From: Patescibacteria group bacterium
Lineage (GTDB): Bacteria; Patescibacteriota; Patescibacteriia; Patescibacteriales; VMTK01
Assembly (NCBI GenBank): GCA_018896595.1
Contig: JAHIME010000003.1
Location: 1 to 54,615 of the forward strand
Direction of reading: 5' to 3'
DNA length: 54,615 bases
This document shows, piece after piece, positions 8,545 through 17,191 of the stretch; within the stretch, counting starts at the first letter, position 1, and every line of letters starts with the position of its first letter. A model generated the notes under the pieces. It did no database searches and was not told where the DNA came from. It was given only the letters and a program-made list of their open reading frames with translations. A program made the translations under genes and the position numbers.

Positions 8545-9996
8545 TTACCGGAATCTGATTTTTTGGGCTATGGCTAATTTACCCGCGCTTAACTTGCCGG
8601 CCGGAGACAAAAATTCGCTCTTATTCTGTATTCTTTGAGCCATGCCGTAGCCCAATACCAATATTAATTCAAGCTCTTCCGTTATGTTCCTGACCGTCTT
8701 GCTGTTTAGGCCGACCCCGCCCTCTTTAAAGGGTTTGTCCAAAAAATTATAAAAATCAACCTTGCTTAAGCCGCGAAATAAGCGCTCTTCCACGGCTTGC
8801 TTAATCCGCTCCATCGCGGTTTTGTCCAAATCATTGTAATAATCTCTATAGCAGGTATTTAACAAATAATAAGTTAATTTTTCCGACTTTTCCTCATCGG
8901 TTATTTTTTTATGGCCCGCTTGCTCATCCTTGCGCTGATGGCCTTTTCTGTAAAGATAAAAAGCCATTCTGATTTTTCTGTTAATCCTTCTTGTTATGTT
9001 TTCAGCGGTTCGCCTGTCAAAACCGACTCCCCCTTCCTGGTACGGCCGATTTAAAGTTTCTAAAAATTGCTCATGCGAAATAGTATTTAATAATTTCCTG
9101 TAAATAATTTCTTCAAATACTTTTTCTTCCTCCATGTTGCGATTGGTAATAAAATGATGGGCGAATAATTTGGCTTTATAAGGCATGATAATCACATTGA
9201 TTTGTTCCTGGGTCAACCCTTGATAAGCCCGCATTAAATCTTCTATTTCCGCCGTCGGCGCTTTTTTAATAATCTCGCTCTGCCCGGCTCTTAATTTATG
9301 CCTGTCGCGATTAACCGTTTCCCTGACAATCATTCCGTCTTTCATATAAAAAATTCTGTCGCCAAACGCCAAATTTTCCGGATTGTGGGTAACTAAAATA
9401 ATCGTCTTTTTTTCTTTCTCGTTAAGATCTTTTAAAATTTCCAAAACATTTTTCGCCGATACCGAATCTAAATTGCCAATCGGCTCATCGGCTAAAATAA
9501 TATCCGGATTATTGACAATTGACCTGGCGATGCCGATTCTTTGCTGCTGGCCGCCGGACAATTCCATGGGAATTTTTTTTGCCTGCTTTATAATGCCGAA
9601 ACGCTCCAGCAATTCAAATGATTTCTTTTCCCTTTCTTTCTTGCCGATGTTTAAAAAGACCTGGGGCAAAGCGACATTATCCAAAACCGACAAGCTGTTG
9701 ATTAAATTATACGCCTGAAAAATCATGCCGATTTTTTCGCGGTGATACTGGGCGAATTCTTTCGCGTTCATCTTGGTTAAATCCTTTTCCGCGACTATAA
9801 TAATGCCTTCATCAGGCGTTTCCAGCCCTGAAATTACATTAAGCAAAGTTGATTTGCCGCATCCGGAAGGCCCGAAAAAAATAATGTATTCTTCAGGGTA
9901 TATTTCCAAATTGATATTTATCAGCGCCTGAAATTCATTATCTTTGCCTTTGTTATATACAAAATTCAAATTTTTAGCTTTAATTAGCGGCTGCAT
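8545..9996 (-). CDS. ABC transporter ATP-binding protein (MacB/LolD/FtsE-like) with a ~255-aa C-terminal extension
   Basis: Walker A GPSGCGKST, signature LSGGQQQR and Walker B ILADEP. The extension carries two copies of a ~45-aa motif (P[YF][QK]EGGVG...T..NIT). Confidence 0.9.
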   Translation of the reverse strand: MQPLIKAKNLNFVYNKGKDNEFQALININLEIYPEEYIIFFGPSGCGKSTLLNVISGLETPDEGIIIVAEKDLTKMNAKEFAQYHREKIGMIFQAYNLINSLSVLDNVALPQVFLNIGKKEREKKSFELLERFGIIKQAKKIPMELSGGQQQRIGIARSIVNNPDIILADEPIGNLDSVSAKNVLEILKDLNEKEKKTIILVTHNPENLAFGDRIFYMKDGMIVRETVNRDRHKLRAGQSEIIKKAPTAEIEDLMRAYQGLTQEQINVIIMPYKAKLFAHHFITNRNMEEEKVFEEIIYRKLLNTISHEQFLETLNRPYQEGGVGFDRRTAENITRRINRKIRMAFYLYRKGHQRKDEQAGHKKITDEEKSEKLTYYLLNTCYRDYYNDLDKTAMERIKQAVEERLFRGLSKVDFYNFLDKPFKEGGVGLNSKTVRNITEELELILVLGYGMAQRIQNKSEFLSPAGKLSAGKLAIAQKIRFR

Positions 9997-10051
9997 AAAA
10001 AAATCAAAATTTAAAAATCAAAATGTAAAATTAATTTTAATTTTTGCACTT

Positions 10052-10066
10052 ATATTATACCACAAA
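10052..10066 (-). promoter_or_regulatory. extended -10 promoter motif ATTTGTGGTATAATA
   Basis: The minus strand reads TGGTATAAT (10053-10061). The same 15-mer occurs at 50344-50358, and both copies sit just after a terminator hairpin and before a gene start. Confidence 0.45.
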
Positions 10067-10074
10067 TCCTCTCA

Positions 10075-10099
10075 AATAAAAAACCCCGAAAACAGGGGT
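10075..10099 (-). terminator. weak intrinsic terminator after secY
   Basis: The minus strand forms ACCCC-loop-GGGGT (10083-10099) followed by TTTTTTATTT. The stem is only 5 bp. Confidence 0.35.
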
Positions 10100-10136
10100 A
10101 CTAAATCAAAAATCCAAAATCGCAAATCAAAAATCT

Positions 10137-11408
10137 CTACATTCCCTCATATTCTCTCATAGTAAGCTGCGATTCAACTTGTTTAACCGTTTCTATGACA
10201 ACCGCCACAACGATAAGCAAGCTTGTGCCGCCTACGGCCAAAGACTCCATGCCGGTAAAATAGCGCATAATCAAAGGCAAAATGGCGATTGTGCCCAAAA
10301 ACAAGGCGCCGGCAAAAATAATCTTGTGGGTGGTGTTGGCCAAATACTCGCTGGTGTGCCTGCCCGGCCTGATGCCGGGAATAAAACCGCCTTGTTTTTG
10401 CAGATTTTCCGCGATCTGAGCCGGATGAAAAATAACTTCGGTGTAAAAATAAGTGAAAGCGAAAACTAATAAAAAATAAATTATGCCGTAAAATAATTGA
10501 TTTTGAAAAATTGAGATTGTCCATTCAGAGGCCTTGGCTATCCATGCGCTCTTGGCATGAATAAAAAACTGGGCGATCATCGGAGGAAATAAAACAACGG
10601 AAATCGCGAAAATAATGGGAATTACGCCAGCCATATTAACTCTCAAAGGCAGGTGGGTGCTGGTGCCGCCGTACATCCTGTGGCCCCTGATTTGCCTGGC
10701 GTATTGCACCGGTATATTCCGCTGGCCTTCGGTAATAATCACTACTCCGACAACAGTAATTAAAGCTATAACGATAAAGCCGATTAAAGTAAACAGCTGG
10801 GATAAATCAAAGGTGGCAAGAATCTGCTGAACAGCCTGCGGCAAGCTCGCGACAATGCCGGCGAAAATCAACAATGAAATGCCGTTGCCGATTTTCTTTT
10901 CGCTGATTAACTCGCCGATCCACATTAAAAAGATAGTGCCGGCGGTTATGGTAACTATCATGGCGAATAAATCAAAAAAGCTGATATCGCCTAAAATGCC
11001 GGCGGAAGACCGCCTGAGCAGTGTTATCATGCTGTATGACTGCAAGGCGGCCAAAGGAACTGTCGCCAAGCGAGTCCACATGTTGATTTTTTGCCTGCCC
11101 GCCTCTTCTTTTTGCATTTCTTCCAATTTGGGAACGATCATGGCTAAAAGCTGAAAAATAATTGAAGCTGTAATGTAGGGGGCTATCCCCATCATGACAA
11201 TGGAAAAATTTTCCATGCTGCCGCCGGAAAAAATATTAAGCAAGCCCAAAATCTGATTTGAAGAAAAAAACTCTTTTAAAGCGGCGATATCAACGCCGGG
11301 TATGGGTATGTGCGCGGCCAAACGAAAAATAACCAGCATAGTTAAAACATACAACACGCTGTTGCGCAAATCCTTGGCTTTCCAAATTTGGACGAGTTTA
11401 TTTAACAT
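10137..11408 (-). CDS. secY: preprotein translocase subunit SecY
   Basis: 423 aa, 10 TM, and its position at the end of the spc cluster. Confidence 0.95.
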   Translation of the reverse strand: MLNKLVQIWKAKDLRNSVLYVLTMLVIFRLAAHIPIPGVDIAALKEFFSSNQILGLLNIFSGGSMENFSIVMMGIAPYITASIIFQLLAMIVPKLEEMQKEEAGRQKINMWTRLATVPLAALQSYSMITLLRRSSAGILGDISFFDLFAMIVTITAGTIFLMWIGELISEKKIGNGISLLIFAGIVASLPQAVQQILATFDLSQLFTLIGFIVIALITVVGVVIITEGQRNIPVQYARQIRGHRMYGGTSTHLPLRVNMAGVIPIIFAISVVLFPPMIAQFFIHAKSAWIAKASEWTISIFQNQLFYGIIYFLLVFAFTYFYTEVIFHPAQIAENLQKQGGFIPGIRPGRHTSEYLANTTHKIIFAGALFLGTIAILPLIMRYFTGMESLAVGGTSLLIVVAVVIETVKQVESQLTMREYEGM

Positions 11409-11414
11409 TGTATC

Positions 11415-11837
11415 TTAGTTAATCTGATTTTTAACGCTTCCGCTCATCTTCACTCCTTCAAACTTCACATTTTTCAGTTTAAGATCCCCTTTCCTTAAAA
11501 TCTTTACCGGTAATTTTATTGTATTAATTAGCCCGGCTTTAAGCAATGTTTGAAGATTAATCGTCGCGCCATCCTCAAAATATTTATTAATATCAGCTAA
11601 ATTTACAGCTTGATTCTTCGGCTTTTGAGATTTAAAACCCCTCTTTTTGGGAATATTGAGCAAAGTCGTCTTCATACCCAAACGTTTCAAGCCGTTTTTT
11701 CCGCCTGATCTTGACTTTTGCCCTTTCAGGCCTCTTCCGCTATAAGTGCCGTGGCCTGAAGCATTGCCTCTGCCCACCCGTTTCCTTTTTTTAGTTGAGC
11801 CCTTGGCCGGTTTAATTGTATGTAACCTTAATGTCAT
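11415..11837 (-). CDS. rplO: 50S ribosomal protein L15
   Basis: GRGNASGHGTYSGRGLKGQKSRSGG motif. Confidence 0.93.
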   Translation of the reverse strand: MTLRLHTIKPAKGSTKKRKRVGRGNASGHGTYSGRGLKGQKSRSGGKNGLKRLGMKTTLLNIPKKRGFKSQKPKNQAVNLADINKYFEDGATINLQTLLKAGLINTIKLPVKILRKGDLKLKNVKFEGVKMSGSVKNQIN

Positions 11838-11906
11838 ATGAAAATCAAAAATTAAATACCAAATACCAAAAATAAATATTTAAAAATATAAAAATTATTA
11901 ATTTAA

Positions 11907-12527
11907 CTATTTTTGTTCCCCGATTTTTTGATCCGCCTTTTCATTCTTTTCCACTTTCTTCAATCTCTTCAGCGCTTCAATCGCGCACTTTACATTGTTA
12001 ACCTTATTGTTTGTGCCCAATATCTTGCTGGTAATATTTTTAATTCCGGATAATTCAATAATAATTCTCACGGCTCCGCCCGCGATAATGCCTCTGCCCT
12101 TGCGGGCCGGTTTGAACAAAATTTCCGCCGCGCCGTATTTTTGCCTGATTTCATGCGGGATGGTGTCATTTACGATTGGAACTTCAATAATATTTTTTTT
12201 GGCCCTATTAACGGCTTTGGTGACAGCATTGGTAACATCAGCGCCTTTAGCCAGCCCAATGGCCGCTTTGCCTTTTTTATTGCCGATTGCCACGCAAGCT
12301 CTGAATCTCATTCTTTTTCCGCCTGCCATAACGCGAGTTACTCTCGCGATATCTATGATTCTTTGTTCAAATTCTTCCGGTATTTGTTCGCTTCTATTTC
12401 TAAAGCCGCCTCTTTTACCGCCCCTTGAAGCCCCTTTATTCGCTTCAGCCGGTTTTGATTGCATTTTATTTTGTTCTGTCATATATTTAAACTGTTGAAT
12501 AATTAAATTTACCTCCTCCATTGTCAT
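11907..12527 (-). CDS. rpsE: 30S ribosomal protein S5
   Basis: RVTRVMAGGKRMRFRACVAIGNKKG core. The start is ambiguous: ATGs at 12527, 12521 and 12482, and the longest ORF begins inside the palindromic element. Confidence 0.9.
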   Translation of the reverse strand: MTMEEVNLIIQQFKYMTEQNKMQSKPAEANKGASRGGKRGGFRNRSEQIPEEFEQRIIDIARVTRVMAGGKRMRFRACVAIGNKKGKAAIGLAKGADVTNAVTKAVNRAKKNIIEVPIVNDTIPHEIRQKYGAAEILFKPARKGRGIIAGGAVRIIIELSGIKNITSKILGTNNKVNNVKCAIEALKRLKKVEKNEKADQKIGEQK

Positions 12528-12616
12528 TCCCGCGAAAGCGGGAATCCAGATTTTACTCGCTTAACCCCTGGATTCCCCACCCGCTTTCGCGAGTGCTAAA
12601 GGCCGCGGGAATGACA
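12523..12616. repeat. nested palindromic intergenic element
   Basis: GTCATTCCCGCG (12523-12534) pairs with CGCGGGAATGAC (12605-12616). CGCGAAAGCGGG (12531-12542) pairs with CCCGCTTTCGCG (12580-12591). GGAATCCAG (12541-12549) pairs with CTGGATTCC (12568-12576). Confidence 0.8.
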
Positions 12617-12627
12617 AACTGGCGTAT

Positions 12628-12981
12628 CTAAAATTCTAATCCTCCTTCTCTCGCTCCGTCCGCCGCGGCTTTAACGCGGCCGTGATATTTATACCCTCCG
12701 CGGTCAAACACGGCTTGTTTTATTTTTTTATCCAGAGCTTTTTTAGCGATTAATTTTCCCATTTCAAAACTAATGGAAATTTTTTTATCTTTTTTCTTTA
12801 TCTCTTTGCTATGAACGCTGGCTAAAGTGTTTCCTTTCGCGTCGTCAATCAACTGCAAATACATGCCTTTATTGGACCTGAACACGGATAACCTTGGCAG
12901 CTTATTTGTGCCTGTAATTTTGGCGCGAACCCTGCCTTTCCGCCTAACCCTTTTCAATTGTTTTATTTTTTGTTTATCCAT
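12628..12981 (-). CDS. rplR: 50S ribosomal protein L18
   Basis: PRLSVFRSNKGMYLQLIDD and FDRGGYKYHGRVKA motifs. Confidence 0.94.
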   Translation of the reverse strand: MDKQKIKQLKRVRRKGRVRAKITGTNKLPRLSVFRSNKGMYLQLIDDAKGNTLASVHSKEIKKKDKKISISFEMGKLIAKKALDKKIKQAVFDRGGYKYHGRVKAAADGAREGGLEF

Positions 12982-12983
12982 AT

Positions 12984-13529
12984 TTATTTGCCTTTCGCCG
13001 CGGTCTTGCCCGCCTTTCTCTTTATTACCTCGCCGACATATTTAATTCCCTTGCCTTTATACGGCTCGGGTTTTCTTACTTTTTTGATTTGAGCCGCTAC
13101 ATCGCCTACTAAATATTTATCAATGCCGTTTATCGTGATTATGTTGCCTTCAACTTTAGCGGCAATGCCGGAAGGCAAATCATATATAACCGGGTGCGAA
13201 TACCCCATGTTCAACAACACTTTATCTCCGCTAATTGACGCCTTGTAGCCGACACCGATAATTTCCAGCTTTTTTTCAAAACCCTCGTTAACGCCGATTG
13301 CCATATTGTTAATCAAACTGCGGTAAAGGCCCCACAATGCTCTCTCTCTCTTATCCTCGGGGTTGGCAACTTTTACCCTCGCCTCTTTATCATCTATATC
13401 AACTTTTATTAATTTATGCAATTTCTGCTTTAATTCGCCCTTCGGCCCTTTAACGATAATAAAATCATTCTCAACTTTAGCTTGAGTTCCTTCGGGCAAT
13501 ATAATTGGCAATTTTCCCAAACGTGACAT
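12984..13529 (-). CDS. rplF: 50S ribosomal protein L6
   Basis: MSRLGKLPI... start at ATG 13527-13529; the track ORF extends to 13553. Confidence 0.93.
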   Translation of the reverse strand: MSRLGKLPIILPEGTQAKVENDFIIVKGPKGELKQKLHKLIKVDIDDKEARVKVANPEDKRERALWGLYRSLINNMAIGVNEGFEKKLEIIGVGYKASISGDKVLLNMGYSHPVIYDLPSGIAAKVEGNIITINGIDKYLVGDVAAQIKKVRKPEPYKGKGIKYVGEVIKRKAGKTAAKGK

Positions 13530-13537
13530 AGTATTTG

Positions 13538-13951
13538 TTAATAGATTTCGCAAATAATTTCCCCGCCAACGGCTTTTTCGCGCGCTTCTTTATTGGTCAT
13601 TAGCCCAAAGGGCGTGGAAATTATCGCTATGCCTAAATTATTTAATACCTTGGGCAGTTCGCCTTTGCCGGCGTAAATCCTGCGGCCCGGCTTGCTGATT
13701 CTTTCAAGCGATGTTATGGCCGAACTGCCATTTTTATTATATTTTAAAATTATTTTTAAATCATTGAAAACGGCGCCGCTGTTTTTTTTGCTTTTTACTT
13801 TTATAATTTCAACTTTTCCCACCCAGTTTCCTCGCTCTAAAATTTTGGCTATCTCATATTTAATCTTGCTCATAGGCAAAACAACCTGCGGTTTGCGAAC
13901 AGACTGGGCGTTTCTTATTCTTGTTAACATGTCTGCGATTGGATCTGTCAT
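13538..13951 (-). CDS. rpsH: 30S ribosomal protein S8
   Basis: MTDPIADMLTRIRNA start at ATG 13949-13951; the track ORF extends to 13984. Confidence 0.93.
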   Translation of the reverse strand: MTDPIADMLTRIRNAQSVRKPQVVLPMSKIKYEIAKILERGNWVGKVEIIKVKSKKNSGAVFNDLKIILKYNKNGSSAITSLERISKPGRRIYAGKGELPKVLNNLGIAIISTPFGLMTNKEAREKAVGGEIICEIY

Positions 13952-13985
13952 AAAAATATAAAAAATTAAAAATAAAATACGCAAT

Positions 13986-14171
13986 TTACCAACTTGATTT
14001 GGTTATTCCCGGTATATTGCCGTTGCTGGCCAATTCGCGGAAACAAATTCGGCATAAGCCAAAATCGCGCATATAACCGCGGTTTTTCCCGCAACGCCAA
14101 CAGCGCCGCACTATTCGCGTGGAGTATTTTGGTTTCTTCTTTGCTTTTGCTATTAATGCTTTTCTCGCCAT
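13986..14171 (-). CDS. rpsN: 30S ribosomal protein S14, zinc-binding type Z
   Basis: 61 aa with CWRCG...CRIC. Confidence 0.93.
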   Translation of the reverse strand: MARKALIAKAKKKPKYSTRIVRRCWRCGKNRGYMRDFGLCRICFRELASNGNIPGITKSSW

Positions 14172-14180
14172 AAATGTTAT

Positions 14181-14720
14181 TTATATTTTCTTAAACGGAA
14201 AACCTAATAATCTGAATAATCCCAGCCCTTCCTCCCTTGTCTTGGCCGTATTGGAAATGCAAACTTCCAATCCATGGATTTTCTCAACTTCATCCGCCCT
14301 GATTTCCGGGAAAGCCAAATGCTCTCGCAGTCCAATGGTTAAATTGCCTTGATTATCAACCACCTTTTCATCTATGCCGCGGAAATCTCTGATGCGCGGC
14401 AGGGTTATATTAACTAATTTTTCCACGAAATCATACATGCGCTTGCCGCGCAAAGTAACCATAACGCCGATTATATTGCCCTCCCTCACCTTGAAAGCTG
14501 AAATTGATTTTTTCGCCTTGCTTAAAACCGGCTTTTGCCCGGTAATGCGGCTTAAACTGCTTACAACATTGTCAATATGCGCCTTATCTTTTGAAAATCT
14601 GCCAACGCCGACATTAACCACAAGCTTGTTCAGCTTGGGTATGGCCGGATTATTTTTATAGCCAAACTTTTCTTTCATTTTTGACGCTATTTCTTTTTTA
14701 TATAATTCCTGTAAACGCAT
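14181..14720 (-). CDS. rplE: 50S ribosomal protein L5
   Basis: PKLNKLVVNVGVG and FRGKRMYDF-type motifs, plus operon position. Confidence 0.94.
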   Translation of the reverse strand: MRLQELYKKEIASKMKEKFGYKNNPAIPKLNKLVVNVGVGRFSKDKAHIDNVVSSLSRITGQKPVLSKAKKSISAFKVREGNIIGVMVTLRGKRMYDFVEKLVNITLPRIRDFRGIDEKVVDNQGNLTIGLREHLAFPEIRADEVEKIHGLEVCISNTAKTREEGLGLFRLLGFPFKKI

Positions 14721-14762
14721 AATTATGATTAAAATTTTAAAAATTAAAAATTAAAAATTTAT

Positions 14763-15134
14763 TTATATTACCCCCTTACACTTCACGCATACCCTGACTT
14801 TTTTCTTTTCCTTTTTGCCTGCCTTGCCGGCAGGCAGGCCTTGTTCGGAAATTGCGGAAGCTGCTTTTGTTACTTCCATATATTTAAATCCTATTCTCGC
14901 CGACTTATTGCATTTAGGGCAGACCAACATCATATTCGATAAATCCATTGGCGCGGGAAACTCAATTCTCTGGCCTTTTTCTCCCTGCTTTCTCGGCCGC
15001 ATATGTTTAATCAGCAAATTCAGACCCTCAATACTGGCTTTATTTCGCGACGGAAAAATCTGCAAAACTTTTCCGGTCTTGCCCTTGTCTTTACCCGCTA
15101 TAATTTTTACTTTGTCGCCTTTTTTTATTTTCAT
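14763..15134 (-). CDS. rplX: 50S ribosomal protein L24 with a C-terminal CxxC...CxxC extension
   Basis: KOW motif KKGDKVKIIAGKDKGKTGKV; tail CPKC...CVKC. Confidence 0.92.
   Translation of the reverse strand: MKIKKGDKVKIIAGKDKGKTGKVLQIFPSRNKASIEGLNLLIKHMRPRKQGEKGQRIEFPAPMDLSNMMLVCPKCNKSARIGFKYMEVTKAASAISEQGLPAGKAGKKEKKKVRVCVKCKGVI
14817..14839. repeat. 23-nt GC-rich hairpin element inside rplX
   Basis: GCCTGCC TTGCCGGCA GGCAGGC, differing by one nucleotide from the adk copy at 6192-6214. Confidence 0.85.
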
Positions 15135-15141
15135 ATAATTT

Positions 15142-15513
15142 TTAAAGCACTTCCGGCGCTAAACTCGCAATTTTAAAAAATCCGGCCCGCCTTACTTCGC
15201 GCGGAATCGGGCCGAAAATTCTTGTTCCCCTCGGCTCTTTTGTTTTTTTATCAATAATCACACAGGCGTTTTCATCAAATCTAATATAGCTTCCATCCTT
15301 GCGGCGGATCTCTTTTTTTGTCCTTACAATCACAGCCGGCAAAACATCGCTCTTTTTAACTACGGAATGCGGAACCGCTTCTTTAACGGTGATTGTGATA
15401 ATGTCGCCCACTCTGGCAAAACGCTTCCTGTAACCGCCTAAAACGCCAATGCACTGGACCTTCTTTGCTCCTGAATTATCAGCGACTTTTAACATTGTTT
15501 GTATTTGTATCAT
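15142..15513 (-). CDS. rplN: 50S ribosomal protein L14
   Basis: [19 protein letters not shown]-terminus. Confidence 0.96.
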   Translation of the reverse strand: MIQIQTMLKVADNSGAKKVQCIGVLGGYRKRFARVGDIITITVKEAVPHSVVKKSDVLPAVIVRTKKEIRRKDGSYIRFDENACVIIDKKTKEPRGTRIFGPIPREVRRAGFFKIASLAPEVL

Positions 15514-15520
15514 ATTTATG

Positions 15521-15790
15521 TTATTTATACACCACTCGCCACTTCTTATCCTTGCTCAGCGGCCTGCATTCCGTGAATTCCACTTTATCATCTTCTTTAA
15601 ACTGGTTTTTCTCGTCATGAACTTTATATTTCTTGCTAACCGCGTATCTTTTTTTGTATTTTGGATGAATTTTAACCTGATCAACCCTAACCACAATGGT
15701 TTTATTCATTTTATCGCTGATGACAACGCCCTTGAATTTTCTCGTTATTGCTTTCTTCGTTTCTTTTGTATTTTTTAATTGATTTTCCAT
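15521..15790 (-). CDS. rpsQ: 30S ribosomal protein S17
   Basis: [16 protein letters not shown]...HPKYKKR pattern. Confidence 0.93.
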   Translation of the reverse strand: MENQLKNTKETKKAITRKFKGVVISDKMNKTIVVRVDQVKIHPKYKKRYAVSKKYKVHDEKNQFKEDDKVEFTECRPLSKDKKWRVVYK

Positions 15791-15791
15791 A

Positions 15792-15980
15792 TTATTCTTT
15801 CTTGCTATTTAATAAAGTCAATATCCTCGCAATCATTTCCCTTACTTTCCTAATTTCTCTTACATTCTTCAACTGCTTATTGGCATCCTTAAAACGGAGA
15901 TCTCTTAATTTATCCCGAGATTCGGCTAAAATTCTATGCAATTCGCTTTCGCTTTTCTTTTTTAATTCTTTAAACTCCAT
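15792..15980 (-). CDS. rpmC: 50S ribosomal protein L29
   Basis: 62 aa, ELKKKSESEL...LRDLRFK, and operon position. Confidence 0.9.
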   Translation of the reverse strand: MEFKELKKKSESELHRILAESRDKLRDLRFKDANKQLKNVREIRKVREMIARILTLLNSKKE

Positions 15981-15994
15981 AAATATAATTTGAA

Positions 15995-16399
15995 TTATTT
16001 ACTTACAAATTTGCACTTAACCGGCAATTTATATGCCGCCGATGTCAATGCCTCCTGCGCCGCCTCATGGCTTATGCCATCCATTTCAAACATTACCATG
16101 CCCGGCTTAACCACGGCTACGTAATGGTCAACAGAACCTTTGCCTTTGCCCATGGGAATTTCGCCGCCTTTCTGCGTAACCGGCTTATCGGGAAAAATTC
16201 TAATCCAAATCTTACCGCCCTTTTTCGTGTATTTTGTTAAAACGCGGCGAGTGGCTTCAATCTGCCTTGAAGTAATCCAGTGGGCTTCCAAACTTTTTAA
16301 GCCGTAACTGCCGAACCCAAGTTTAATCTTGCGAGTTGCTTTTCCGCCCCGTCTTCCTTTGTGCGATTTTCTGTATTTTGTTTTCTTTGGCGCTAACAT
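15995..16399 (-). CDS. rplP: 50S ribosomal protein L16
   Basis: [17 protein letters not shown]-terminus. Confidence 0.95.
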   Translation of the reverse strand: MLAPKKTKYRKSHKGRRGGKATRKIKLGFGSYGLKSLEAHWITSRQIEATRRVLTKYTKKGGKIWIRIFPDKPVTQKGGEIPMGKGKGSVDHYVAVVKPGMVMFEMDGISHEAAQEALTSAAYKLPVKCKFVSK

Positions 16400-16473
16400 A
16401 TATATATAAACACTAATTTAACGAATAATAACGAAACAAACGAATTAAATTTTGTGTTCTATCTTTTTTACAC

Positions 16474-17163
16474 TTACTTTATTCTCTCCCCCACGACCTC
16501 TCCCCTCTTCTCTTTTTTCTCAAACACCTCTCCCTTATAAATCCAAACTTTGACTCCGATAGCGCCGTAAATAGTCTTGGCGGCGCCTCTGGCATAATCA
16601 ATATCGGCGCGCAGAGTATGCAAAGGCACTTTACCGGTAGTCAGCATCTCGCTACGGGCGATTTCCGCCCCGTTTAATCTGCCTTTCACAATAACTTTAA
16701 CGCCCAAAGCCCCCGCTCTTTCCGCCCGGCTCATCGCCTGCTTCATCACTCTTCTGAAAGGAATTCTTTTTTCTAAATCTAAAATCATTGACTGAGCTAA
16801 TATTTGCGCGCTTAAATTCGGCCTGTCCGCTTCCGTTATATTTAAATTTATCTCGCTTAACCTGTGCTTCTTTAAAAATTTATTATGAACTTTCTTTTTT
16901 AAATCATCAACGCCCAAGCCGCCGCGCCCGATAATTAACCCCGGCTTGGCGGCAAAAATATTAATGCTGATTTTATTGGAGCTTCTTTCAATTTCCACCC
17001 TGTCAACGCCTGATTCGCGCAATTCATTCATTAAAAACTTCCTAATCTTAACATCCTGCATAAAATTAGTTATGTAATCTTTTTTGCTGTCGCTAAACCA
17101 TTTTGAATCCCATGTTCTGATTATTCCCAAGCGGAATATTTTTGGATTGACTTTTTGTCCCAT
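16474..17163 (-). CDS. rpsC: 30S ribosomal protein S3
   Basis: [15 protein letters not shown]-terminus and KH domain. Confidence 0.95.
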   Translation of the reverse strand: MGQKVNPKIFRLGIIRTWDSKWFSDSKKDYITNFMQDVKIRKFLMNELRESGVDRVEIERSSNKISINIFAAKPGLIIGRGGLGVDDLKKKVHNKFLKKHRLSEINLNITEADRPNLSAQILAQSMILDLEKRIPFRRVMKQAMSRAERAGALGVKVIVKGRLNGAEIARSEMLTTGKVPLHTLRADIDYARGAAKTIYGAIGVKVWIYKGEVFEKKEKRGEVVGERIK

Positions 17164-17191
17164 ATAAAATTAAATTCTAATTATTTATTAT

